DNA of 30,489 nucleotides from Eledone cirrhosa. Taxonomy: Eukaryota. The translations under genes and the position numbers were made by a program. Positions within the stretch are counted from its first letter, which is position 1; the number at the start of each line of letters is the position of its first letter. The notes below the pieces were generated by a model. That model had not been told where the DNA came from. It made no database searches and saw only the letters and a list, made by a program, of their open reading frames with translations. The stretch covers positions 1 to 30,489 of the forward strand of contig CAXHJY010001070.1 of assembly GCA_964016885.1 (NCBI GenBank), in the 5' to 3' direction. Below, one piece after another: positions 13,446 through 27,599 of this stretch.

Positions 13446-14338
13446 TAAGGCCTATTATACTGAGAAATATTATGAGAAAGGAAAACATTTTGAATATATA
13501 AACACAGATGAAACCTGAAATAAATGCTTTATACGATTTTAATATAAATCAATCAAATTTTAATAAATTTTTTTCCCCAAATGTTGCCCCCATCCAAAGG
13601 ATGCCCGGAGCCAACGCACCTTCACTCCCTCCACACGCTACTATATATTTATATCCTTTCTAAAATAAGGCACGCAGCTAGATTTATCTGTGCTGCGGTA
13701 TATGTTGCCATGACAAGGGGGCAACACTGAATGGGATACATTGACGTATGTTAGTTGTCGTACAACAAGTTGCATATTGATTTGTATTTAGTTATATAAT
13801 ACATTTTCTTATTGATAAGTTGTTGTTCCGTTTTCGAATCTCTACGTTTATAGAATGGGAAAATTGTCGAAATTGATCAAGGTCCATCCTCTACAAGTCT
13901 GTATACAGTGACTCAAGGGGATTGTTCTCGTTTATGATTCCCTAATTTATTAACAGCGTACTGCCATCATTTGGCGGAGTGTCAGACTTGTTTGACCAAT
14001 GTAGTATTCATGGCAACTACCATATGTTATATATTAAAACATATGAGTTACATGAAATGTTGTTTTTAATTATGAAGATAGTTCTTTTTTTGAAATAAAA
14101 TTCGGAACCTTTAACTGACAGCTGCATACTCTACAGTTTGATCGGTTGCAGTTTCTAACTTACTGTATGCAGCTTTGCATTCGTCACTATCTTTTTTTTT
14201 TAGCGATTATGCTTAACTTTTACTTTTATAAGCGTATATTTCTATAAGATGTTTCTGAATGTGAGTGTGTGTGTGTGTGCGCGCGCGCGTCCGTGTTATA
14301 TATATATATATATAGACAACATAGAAATTAGACAACAT

Positions 14339-15000
14339 AGACAACATAGAAATTAGAATAATATCTAAACATAGAAATGGCCCAGCAGATAGGCAAATCA
14401 GAGAGGCCAGTGAAATAGAACTTAGAAGGCCAAGACTAAACAGAAAGAATGAATGGAATAACAACAACACCCAAACAAACAACACTGACCTAAGAGAAGT
14501 ATAAATAAATAAAAAAATAAATAGATAAATAAATAAATAAATACATACACAAGCACAATAACAACAAACACATATAAACACATACTAATCACCCAATCAC
14601 GAACACACATCAAACAAAACTCTATACACACACGCAAACGCATGCGCAAAGAAGACAAAATAAAATAAACAAACAAACAAATAAATAAATAAATATATAG
14701 ACAGACTAAATAAAAATGGCGTAGACATAGAATGTAACGGGAGGAAACAATAGCACCACTGACGATGTTGCAGATGTGCAACGAAAGAACTTTGATAAAC
14801 TATATATATGTGTTTGTGTCTATATTGTATCTGTATTATTTTTGACCGTCGGTCAGTCAATGGCAACATTGAGGACCGAATAAATTAGATTACCGATATA
14901 AAAGACACAGAAGCGAAAAGCGAAAACCAACCAAACAGTGAGTGTGTTCTGTTATTAATTCTGGCAATATTACACAAATATGACCCTCCCCAAGTATAAC
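14339..15000 (+). repeat. 5' pseudo-LTR of the Neptune-like PLE
   Basis: Highly similar to 18457-19109, from agacaacatagaaattag to gaccctccccaagtataac. Confidence 0.93.
14750..14803 (+). ncRNA. Hammerhead motif in 5' pseudo-LTR
   Basis: CUGACGA-U-GUUGCA-gaug-UGCAAC-GAAA-GAAC-U-U. Stem II is a perfect 6 bp; stem I is imperfect (AUAG..CA / UG..CUAU). Confidence 0.7.
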
Positions 15001-15266
15001 AATATTTGTTTCGACACACGATTTCATATAAAAAACCTCGCAAAACTAATTCATCGCCGTTATGGCATTAGCTTGTGCCAAGCTGAAATTTATTCAATGA
15101 CACTGTTTTCTGTTATATAAAAACTACAATAACAACAGAACAAATCCGCTTCTTAAAACACTGTGTTTCCTCCAAAATATACATAACAAACATATCAAAA
15201 CAAGTAAATAATTTATTATTGAACTAAACACGAGCTGAACGACTAAAACACACAATAACAGTTAAT

Positions 15267-16218
15267 ATGAAAAGAACAACATACACAAAAGTCAACGAAC
15301 TTTACAGACAGAAACGCATTAACGGTAAGGAAGTCCAAAATCTCACCACACCAAACGAAAGGGATGACTTCATTAGCGTCATCCGACGTGAAACGAAATA
15401 CGCCCGAAACGAATGCAATAGGCATTTCAATAAGAAATTAGAATGGATGAATAAGAAAAAAACTACAAGAAAGGAAAATAGAATATTCTCAAAAATACCC
15501 AGATAACATCAACAATATCCGTATGACTGATGTAAAACTACCGGAAGAATTTACCAATGACCACACAGTAAATATTTATGGGAACACTTTAATCAGTGAA
15601 TAAGAACAACAAATCCTGCAGCTACCACCAAAATTTGCCATCTACAAAAAGATTAACCCTATTGAGTGCAAAACGGAGCTGGAAAAGTGTTTCACAAAAA
15701 TACGTTGGAATGCAAAAGTAAACAACAACAACAATAATAACGGTAGTAGTAATATAAACAATAACTCTGAGTATAGAAATAACAGCCATAACAATAACAA
15801 TAGCAGGAGAGTGAGAAATAGTAATAATGGTAATAATACTAACGATAGACAGAACAACAACAACAACCACAATAATAATAATAATAGAAACATTAACCAC
15901 AGACACAGCAGCAGCGACCACAGTAGTAATAACGGTAACAATACGAACAACAACAATAACCACAGTGGTAATAATGGAAATAATACATGTAGCAACATTA
16001 ATGATAGACACAACAAAAACAAGAAACATAATAAAAGTAACAGCCACAATGGTAGAAATAACAGTAGCAACAACAATAACGGTGAAGTAAACAACAATAC
16101 ATCTAGAAATCATAACAATAATAATAATGCTAATGATAGGAACAACAACAACCACCATGATAACAATAATAGCAACACACACAACTATGACGATAGATAT
16201 AATGACAACCCCTTATAA
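15267..16218 (+). pseudogene. Disrupted N-terminal part of the same PLE ORF, including a long Asn-rich insert
   Basis: Frame 1 reads ...NIYGNTLISE*EQQILQLPPKFAIYKKINPIECKTELEKCFTKIRWNAKVNNNN...YNDNP, with a stop at 15601. Frameshifts near 15500 and 16210 join it to ORF 15267-15506 and to the RT frame. Confidence 0.7.
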
Positions 16219-18592
16219 GAAACTATTTTTCAACCCAGCTGACAAAACATATAAGATGGGTAATATCTATCCTACGAGGTTACCTTTTAACAAAAGAGTT
16301 TGTATACCACAACACATAGATGACGAGACAGAGGCACAGTTCACCATAGCTAGAAATAAGATTAGACAAATAGTATACCGGTATACTAAGAGACAGAGCA
16401 GGCCAGAAACCCAACAACTTGGGAGGAAACCTGTAGAAGGCTTGGTTAGCCTCAAGCAGCGCACAAGGGATGGTGAGGTAGTATGTCTACCCACGGATAA
16501 GTCTGGTAGGATGTCAATATATAGCATGCCGAACTACATCAAGGCTATGCAACCCCACATCACCAACACGAGCGAAATTGCACAGCAAACACATGATGGG
16601 AGAGAGAAAATCCTCAACGCTCACATGATGATGTGGACTGACATCCTAAAGCCAAGCAGACGCACTGCCAACAACTTCCAGGCGTCTAACAATGGCATAT
16701 CACCCTTGTATGGGCTCCGCAAAGACCACAAGACAGTCGACGACCCGACAACAGGACCACCAACAAGACCCGTATGCGGAGCTAATATAGCTAGCAACTA
16801 CAGGATCTCCTACTTCCTCTCAATGGTTATACGCCCCATAATCAAGATGTCCCCAGATGTATGTGACAGTACAGAGGACTTCCTCAGCAGAATCAGTGAG
16901 TGCAACAAAAACAGGAACCTATCCAACTGCATAATAGGCAGCATGGATGTGGTATCACTGTACCCATCCATTAACATTGATTTTGCTGTGGAAAAATGTG
17001 TGGAGATGATCATTGAGAGTGAGGTGGAGTTCTACGACGTCGACACAGACGAACTGGGCCTCCTACTTAGACTTATCTACGACACTGACTACCTAGACAG
17101 CCATGACCGTAGACATTTCTGCCCTAGTAGAGCCATAAGAGGTAGACCCCCCCCCCCCACCATAACCTCAATGGCAAAAAAGACTCCCATGCGAAGGTGG
17201 ATTGGGTGGACCAAAGCTATACGGACCCCCCAAAAAAATGATCAGGTAAGAAAAATGGTCGCACATGCAATAGGGGCTAGTATCAAAACTACCCTAAAGG
17301 GCCACATATTCAAGTTCAACGAGAAGATCTACACCCAAAATGAGGGAGCAACCATTGGCGTCAGCATAGCTGGTGATGTTGCCAACCTTTTCATGGTATG
17401 GTGGGAAAGGAGACTTAAAGATCTCCTTAATGAGAGCTCCATAGACCTCATCATGTACTCTCGTTACGTAGACGATATCAATATAGTTATAAGAACATCC
17501 CCACTAGAGACCACTAACAAGTTTGATTTAGAACGTAGCACAATGGAAAGCATTCAGCAGATAGCTAATTCCATACACCAGAGTATAACTGTAACTATCG
17601 ACTACCCTTCCAAACACCCTAACAATAGACTACCTGTATTAGACACGGAACTCTGGATTAACACTATAGACGAGAGAGCCCAAATTCTCCACTCACACTA
17701 TGCTAAACCCATGGCCTCCAAATACCTGATACTCAAAAACTCAGCAATGTCCAGTAGTGCTAAGTTTAATATTCTGATCGCAGATTTGGTACGAGTGATG
17801 AAGAATGTGTCCCGCATGTGCGACCCAACAGAAATGGAAAGACACATCCAACACTTCATCAACCGCATGCAGTTCTCTGGCTACAACCAAAGAGACAGAG
17901 TCAGAGTATACGAAAGAGCCATGGAGAAGTATAAGACCCTCATAGAACTGGACATGAAAGGAATTTGCCCATTATACAGGAGAAAATCATGGAATAGCTT
18001 AGATAGGGCTAGACATAAGATAGGGAAAGCCACCTCATGGTACGACAACCAGAGATACCAGAGTGTCATGTTTGTGGACGCTACCCTTGGAGGGAAATTA
18101 GCTAACCAGTGTAGAAAGGTCCTGAGAAAGACCCACTTAAAGATTAAGGTGGTAGAAAAGCCAGGAACCACCATAAAATCCCTGATCAGCAAAACCTACC
18201 CTTTTAAGAAAACCCACTGTACTAATAGGAAATGTATCATATGTAAGGTAAACCCCCGGATAAACTGTAAAACTAGAAACGTAGTCTATAGCATAAGATG
18301 TACAGATGGTACTTGCAGAAACATGACAACAACATACATAGGCGAGACAGCTCGTAGCATAGGTGAAAGGATAGACCAACACTGGGGGGAACTAAAAGGA
18401 CGAAAAAACGGGTCAGTACTATACGAACATGCCAGACAACAACACGACGGTAACAGAGACAACATAGAAATTAGAATAATATCTAAACATAGAAATGACC
18501 CAGCAGGTAGGCAAATCAGAGAGGCCAGTGAAATAGAACTTAGAAGGCCAAGACTAAACAGAAAGAATGAATGGAATAACAAACAACACTGA
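16127..18592 (+). CDS. PLE reverse transcriptase + C-terminal GIY-YIG endonuclease (open for 821 codons; true N-terminus lies upstream, disrupted)
   Basis: RT motifs PTDKSG, LYGLRKDHK, TRPVCG, SMDVVSLYPSI, QNEGATIGVSIAGDVANLFM, RYVDDI, LPVLD. Endonuclease motifs CTNRKCIIC, NVVYSIRC...YIGETARSIGERIDQH, H, RQIREA. The first ~28 codons are out-of-frame Asn-repeat sequence. Confidence 0.9.
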   Translation: MLMIGTTTTTMITIIATHTTMTIDIMTTPYKKLFFNPADKTYKMGNIYPTRLPFNKRVCIPQHIDDETEAQFTIARNKIRQIVYRYTKRQSRPETQQLGRKPVEGLVSLKQRTRDGEVVCLPTDKSGRMSIYSMPNYIKAMQPHITNTSEIAQQTHDGREKILNAHMMMWTDILKPSRRTANNFQASNNGISPLYGLRKDHKTVDDPTTGPPTRPVCGANIASNYRISYFLSMVIRPIIKMSPDVCDSTEDFLSRISECNKNRNLSNCIIGSMDVVSLYPSINIDFAVEKCVEMIIESEVEFYDVDTDELGLLLRLIYDTDYLDSHDRRHFCPSRAIRGRPPPPTITSMAKKTPMRRWIGWTKAIRTPQKNDQVRKMVAHAIGASIKTTLKGHIFKFNEKIYTQNEGATIGVSIAGDVANLFMVWWERRLKDLLNESSIDLIMYSRYVDDINIVIRTSPLETTNKFDLERSTMESIQQIANSIHQSITVTIDYPSKHPNNRLPVLDTELWINTIDERAQILHSHYAKPMASKYLILKNSAMSSSAKFNILIADLVRVMKNVSRMCDPTEMERHIQHFINRMQFSGYNQRDRVRVYERAMEKYKTLIELDMKGICPLYRRKSWNSLDRARHKIGKATSWYDNQRYQSVMFVDATLGGKLANQCRKVLRKTHLKIKVVEKPGTTIKSLISKTYPFKKTHCTNRKCIICKVNPRINCKTRNVVYSIRCTDGTCRNMTTTYIGETARSIGERIDQHWGELKGRKNGSVLYEHARQQHDGNRDNIEIRIISKHRNDPAGRQIREASEIELRRPRLNRKNEWNNKQH

Positions 18593-19105
18593 CCTAAGAG
18601 TAGCATAAATAAATAAATAAATAAATAGATAAATAAATAAATAAATACATACACAAGCACAATAACAACAAACACATATAAACACACACTAGTCACCCAA
18701 TCACAAACACACATCAAACAAAACACTATACACACACAAACGCATGCGCAAAGAAGACAAAATAAAATAAACAAACAAACAAATAAATAAATAAATATAT
18801 ATATAGACAGACTAAATAAAAATGGCGTAGACATAGAATGTAACGGGAGGAAACAATAGCACCACTGACGATGTTTCAGATGTGCAACGAAAGAACTTTG
18901 ATAAACTATATATATGTATTTGTGTCTATATTGTATCTGTATTATTTTTGACCGTCGGTCAGTCAATGGCAACATTGAGGACCGAATAAATTAGATTACC
19001 GATATAAAAGACACAGAAGCGAAAAGCGAAAACCAACCAAACAGTGAGTGTGTTCTGTTATTAATTCTGGCAATATTATTACACAAATATGACCCTCCCC
19101 AAGTA

Positions 19106-19109
<4 letters not shown>
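18457..19109 (+). repeat. 3' pseudo-LTR of the Neptune-like PLE
   Basis: Direct repeat of 14339-15000. Ends directly at a (TA)n tract. Confidence 0.93.
18856..18909 (+). ncRNA. Hammerhead motif in 3' pseudo-LTR
   Basis: Same as 14750-14803 with one stem II mismatch. Confidence 0.65.
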
Positions 19110-19144
<35 letters not shown>

Positions 19145-20409
19145 GAAAAAGTATAGAAATTATTATGAGCAAGAAGCACACAGTATTTCATAATATATAA
19201 GTGACTATAGCGTCAAAATGGGAAAATAGTTAACGTAGGATGTGGGAAAAATAATTCAAACTCAATTCAAAAAGAATCAGGATATAGATTCATCCAACAG
19301 AATTTAGTGAAATTCAGGGAAAAATCAATAGAGCCTTAACTCATGATAAAATAAAGTTTAAAATACTCATCCTTCAATTTGGAGAAACTACAAATGCTCT
19401 GTATAGTCTTGAAAAGACTATTTCACGAAAACTTTCAGTGGGGATGGTCACGGTTGGATTCGATCATCAGCAGAGCTCAACACGATAACCAAAATCTCAC
19501 TGATTATAATATGCCAAAAAGGGAATTTAAAAGCAGGTCAACTCCACCAAGCTTGCTTGGTGAGGAGGATGATATTTGGACACCCTGCGAGATCAAATAT
19601 AAGACCCGGCAAAATGCGGAGGAACTTAGCAGAGTCAACAGCCATCTAGATAATTTTTTTTTTTTTTGTGAAGGATGTCGTTGTATTTTCTGTGGCAAAC
19701 ATTTACACCGAAGATATGTGTCGTCAGTTCCAAAAAGTGTGGTTGGTCCTACACAAGCTTCACTACTTAAAACAAAACTTTGTGTGGATAGTTCAACATC
19801 TACACTATAATAAAGTAAGGACTGCGAGACTGCGTACAGTTTATTTATTTTAATCCAGTTAGTAAAATAAGTTAGGTGACTTTGAATAAATAATGAATGA
19901 ATATTACATAATTTATGTCCTAAATTTCGTAAACATAAATAATTTAAAACTGACTTCTTTTCAAATTTTCATTCGCATTTCTACACTTCCGGTATATCGT
20001 CGCCACCACCACCACTTCAACTACCATATATATAGAAAGAGAGAGTGTGTAATGAGAGGGATAGAGAGATTATGATTTTCTACACGCTGACGTGTATGAG
20101 TGTGCACATACATACATCTATATGTATGAGTATATAACTATTATGAGTATATAACTATAATTGCGCAAACACAAACTTATAAAAATACACGTTCACGGAC
20201 ATTCACACAAATACACATACTTTCACACATACTTTCACACAAACATCACATATACATTTACACAAACACACAGATACAGTCATAATAGCAGCGTTCGGTG
20301 AATTGGAAATGGGAGGGTAAAAGAAGTATAACGTTTTATTTATTTATTAACTCTTTTTTTTAAAACTCATTTAATGTAATGGTTACAGAACGAAAACACT
20401 AACAAATAT

Positions 20410-20756
20410 AATTGTTTCTACTTTTGGCACAAGGCCAGCAATTATCCCAGTGTATTGCTGGTTCTTTATTTTATCGACCCCGTGGGATTTGAATTCAGAT
20501 CATAAAGGGCCGTAACTCTATGCTGAAAAGCATGGCATCCGACCCTCTATCGATAATGCCAATCCACCACCCTTTTAAAAATTGTTTCTACTTTTGGCAA
20601 AAGGCCAGAAATTATCCTAGTGGATTACTGGTACTTTATTTTATCGACCCCGTAAGGATGAAAGGCAAAGTTAACCTCGACGGGATTTGAACTCAGACTG
20701 TAAATGGACGTAACTATGCTGGAAAGCATGGCGTCCGACCCTCTACCGATACTGCC
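20410..20756 (-). mobile_element. Two tandem SINE copies (20410-20572 with internal deletion; 20581-20756)
   Basis: Repeated attgtttctacttttggca...gatactgcc family sequence. Confidence 0.88.
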
Positions 20757-20968
20757 GTTCGTATATATATATATATATTGTAGTACAATAAAGCAATGCA
20801 GATATCGGATAAGTAACACTCTACAGTTTGTAGGACTGGAGTATAAACAATATATAAGATCAAAAGATGGCTAAAAGAGTTCGATGTATTTTATTATGCG
20901 CATTTCAAATATGTTGATTTAAAACTGCACTATTCACAAGTGTTTTTAACCTTCCTATCATGTCTCCA

Positions 20969-21039
20969 TATTTTATCTGACGAAAACGCAAATGTTATTG
21001 CATGATGATATTTGTTTTTGAAATGCGCATAATAAAATA
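20969..21039 (+). ncRNA. Type I hammerhead ribozyme
   Basis: UAUUUUAU-CUGACGA-[36 nt, 11 bp hairpin CAAAUGUUAUU/GAUGAUAUUUG]-GAAA-UGCGCA-U-A-AUAAAAUA. Confidence 0.85.
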
Positions 21040-21067
21040 CATGGAACTCTTTTAACCATCTTTTGAT

Positions 21068-22940
<1,873 letters not shown>

Positions 22941-22990
22941 ATATATATATATATACTGTATATATAAGGTTGTCCTTCCTGTTCCTATAA

Positions 22991-23046
22991 CCATACACAT
23001 CCCGAGCTGAAGATCCGAGAAGGTGAAACAATTGTTCTCGGTATGG
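22991..23046 (+). ncRNA. Type I hammerhead ribozyme
   Basis: CCAUA-cacauc-CCGAG-CUGAAGA-U-CC-gagaa-GG-U-GAAA-CAAUUG-U-U-CUCGG-UAUGG. Stem I is bulged; stem III is palindromic. Confidence 0.85.
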
Positions 23047-23566
23047 TGAACTAACTGTTGTATATATATAACGAAGGAAGTGTGGTAAGGAACCAGATGG
23101 ACCATAACGCATCAGAGTACTTAATACTAAGGGTAGTAGAGTGGGTAATAGGAAAATGTTTAACCCCGACGGCAGAGCTCAAGCCGTTTCAGCGGCTATT
23201 TATTGTTCCACACGCGTTTGTACAGTCTGCCAAATGCACTGTTCACTTTTGCCAGTCTGTTGCTGAGTCCAGAAATAGCCGTCGAAACGGCTTGAGCTCT
23301 GCCGTCGGGGTTAAACATTTTCCTATATATATATATATATATAGGTGTACAGGTGCAAGATAAATGCGTCCTAGGCGGTATACCGGTTGAGCACTTGATG
23401 CTCGCGCAGAGCAGAGTATAATAGTATAGCCTAACGAACGCTTCAAACAGGTTTGGCTGTGGAAGACAGGCAGACAGTCGCTCATGCATGAATGCACGCG
23501 ACAACTTGACCGGATAAGTGGTATACGTCAATTTGTAAATAAACCGATTTTAGGATGAATAAAGAA

Positions 23567-23622
23567 CCAATGAGCGGAGACCGCAGAATACCACGTTGTT
23601 GGAATCTGCTAAATATAATAAG
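23567..23622 (+). promoter_or_regulatory. Putative CCAAT + TATA promoter upstream of hammerhead
   Basis: CCAAT at 23567-23571 and TATATAAAG at 23614-23622, about 40 nt before the ribozyme. Motif match only. Confidence 0.35.
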
Positions 23623-23660
23623 GTACTGGAAATAAAACCAGAGACGAGTTTACGAACTGA

Positions 23661-23754
23661 GGCATATCTGAGGATCTTTCGATTCCAGAGTCAGGTTCGA
23701 TCAATAATAGATCGTTCCTCAAGCTGATCGACAGTGAAACATATGTAATATGTT
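23661..23754 (+). ncRNA. Type I hammerhead ribozyme with 61 nt stem II
   Basis: GGCAUAU-CUGAGGA-[CU/AG, UCGAU/AUCGA, CAG/CUG, AGG/CCU, CGAUC/GAUCG]-GAAA-CAUAUG-U-A-AUAUGUU. Confidence 0.85.
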
Positions 23755-24049
23755 ATTAAATATATTATGATACAACACTGATTCTTTGTTCCTTTATTCT
23801 TATACTATACATATATATTATTATGCTTTGGGAGGGTCATGTTGTCAATAAGAAACACACGCACCAGTTGCTTTCACTTCAATTTATTATAAATTAAATT
23901 TATAAATTTAGGAATTTATAAATTTATAAATTTCCGGTTGGTTGGTTGGTTCCACAACCAGACGATTGTTCATATATTGTCAAAGTTCTTTCGTCACACA
24001 TTATGTGACCTCTTCAGTGACTGGAGATTCTTTTCTTTGTTTTTGTGGC

Positions 24050-25724
24050 TCTCCTTTGTTCCTGGGAACGTCTCGCTCCTTAGTGTTAGCGAGGGACTGG
24101 AATGGCATCTTAGACGCACGTTGGGACTATGTAGGAGCTTGTGATAATAGAAGGGAGTGTAATAGCCTCAAAAATCTCATCAGCCAATTCCAACTGGCTG
24201 ATAGATATCGACTAGATTTCCCAAGTGCACCACTATGGACGTGGAGCAACCGCACTGGGTCTTCTAGATCGTATTTAGATAGATTTCTAATTAGACAGAA
24301 TGATAAGGAAACATTAAGCTGTCCACAAATGCACATGGTTGCCTACTCAGACCACAAATTAGTCACCCGCATAATCAACCTTGATAGAACACATAGACAG
24401 GGACCCGGATACTGGAAGCTAAACATGTCGCTCCCGGCGCGTAAGGCCTACAGTAAACGGATTAGCACCTTAGTTAAGAGCTAGCTGACGGGGGCGATCG
24501 TTAACAACAGGTGGTGGAGCTCTCTCAAGAGAGCAATTAGAGTAGAATCGATAGAATTTAGCAAGAAAGTAAGAAAGTAGCTTTAGAAAAGAACAAAACT
24601 GAAAAGGAACTGGTAGCTAAAGTAGAAGAGGCACTTAGGAATGGCAGTACAGCTGACGTGCTAGCGGCAAGAACGGCACTAGACCAGTTCTTCAACGTAA
24701 AACACGAAGGTTGTATTGTCAGAAGTAGAACACGTGCTCTAAGAAACGTGGGAGCCAAAGCTGTTAGCTAGGCCCGAGAGGCAGAGGCGAAAAGTGACAA
24801 CAAATCCATAATTCGGTCTTTGCAAGATGTGCACGGCCTCCAGCAGCACTTTACACAACTGTTCGGGCAAAGCGGTACGTCGAGCCAGGTGATGGACTTC
24901 AGTTCCTACCTCGACGGCATACCGCGACTCGCGAGCGCGGATATAGAGAGCTGCGAAAGGCCGATCACAGCGGGCGAAATAGAAGATGCCCTAGGCCGCT
25001 GTGGGAAACGCAAATCCCCCGGTTTAGATGGTCTACCCTATGAGTTTTGCCAGACTTGTTTTCTGGCGTCCTCGAAGCGGTCTACTGCAACTGGCAGCAG
25101 ATCGGAAAAATTCCCAGTTCTGTAGGCAGAGACGTAGTAACGCTGATCAGGAAAGATGAGAACAAAGGGGATGAGATAAGCAATTTCAGCCCCATAACTC
25201 TGTTCAACACAGTTAAAGATTTTGGCCAAGGTGTTAGCAACGAGGCTGGCGCTTGTCGTCGAGAACCTTATAGAGGAATCACAAACGTATGCAATCCCGA
25301 CCTGGTCCATACACGACAACCCCACCTCATGCGATACATCATAGAGAGGGTAGGGTGTAAACCTCGCTTCGGTGGGGTTCTAATCAATTTAGATCAGTCT
25401 AAGGTATTTGATAGGGTCGACCATCAATACTTCGAAGTGGTCCTCAAGGTGGCCGGCTTCGGTCCCGTCTTCAGAGGCTGGATCGCTGCCATGCACACCA
25501 GCATCTGCTCGGCAGTCGGGGTGAATGGCTACCTATCGGAGCCATTCCAAATTATGCGTTCTATCCGCCAGGGATGCCCTCACTCCTCTGTATCTACTCT
25601 GTATCTCTCCATTCTGTATCTACTGGCTCTCGAGCCATTACTGCGGAAGTTGGAGCTGTTGCAGGGCATCCCGATCGAACCAGGACTGCGGAAAGCGGCG
25701 GCGGCGTATGCCGAAGACGTAACC

Positions 25725-25726
<2 letters not shown>
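24050..25726 (+). mobile_element. L1/Tx1-clade LINE ORF2 fragment (APE endonuclease C-half + RT to the YADD motif)
   Basis: DWNGIL, WTWSN...SYLDRFL, YSDHK, GPGYWKLN, KSPGLDGLPYEF, NLDQSKVFDRVDH, IRQGCP, AYAEDVTV. Breaks off at (TA)n. Confidence 0.88.
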
Positions 25727-25808
<82 letters not shown>

Positions 25809-25913
25809 TCAAGTTATCAATAATGTAGTGATAATATATCGTCACGTTAGAGATGAACAGCGTACGTGTAGGTTTGCTCAACGAGTATAAATTATATTGC
25901 GGAGAAAATGTAG

Positions 25914-27437
<1,524 letters not shown>

Positions 27438-27599
27438 TATGGTAGAAAATCAGTGTAATTTATTTAAATGAATGTAAAAGGATATACAACGAGAGGGAGA
27501 GAGTTACCTTTATGTATATAGAATAGCGTGATCAAGTAATTATTAAATTAGGTATATTTACTATAAACCCCGTCATTTCTGAAACCCACCCACCCCAAA

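Larger units (their letters stand above)
14315..19109 (+). mobile_element. Near full-length Penelope-like retroelement (Neptune-like) with two direct pseudo-LTRs, inserted in (TA)n
   Basis: An RT+GIY-YIG ORF lies between direct repeats 14339-15000 and 18457-19109. The repeats include the ORF C-terminus and 3' UTR, as in the classic PLE tandem structure. (TA)n tracts flank both ends. The C-x4-C-x2-C knuckle before 'NCKTRNVVY' suggests the Neptune clade (inference). Confidence 0.92.

Noticed and set aside
13560-13645. Possible hAT-type transposon end
   Set aside because: Too degenerate. No matching second end or TSD was found.
15622-16182. Hydrophobic minus-strand ORFs resembling membrane proteins
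   Set aside because: Antisense translations of the AAC/AAT repeat.
14339-19109. LTR retrotransposon interpretation of the direct repeats
   Set aside because: The repeats include the ORF end and lack TG...CA termini. The protein is RT+GIY-YIG with no gag, protease or integrase.
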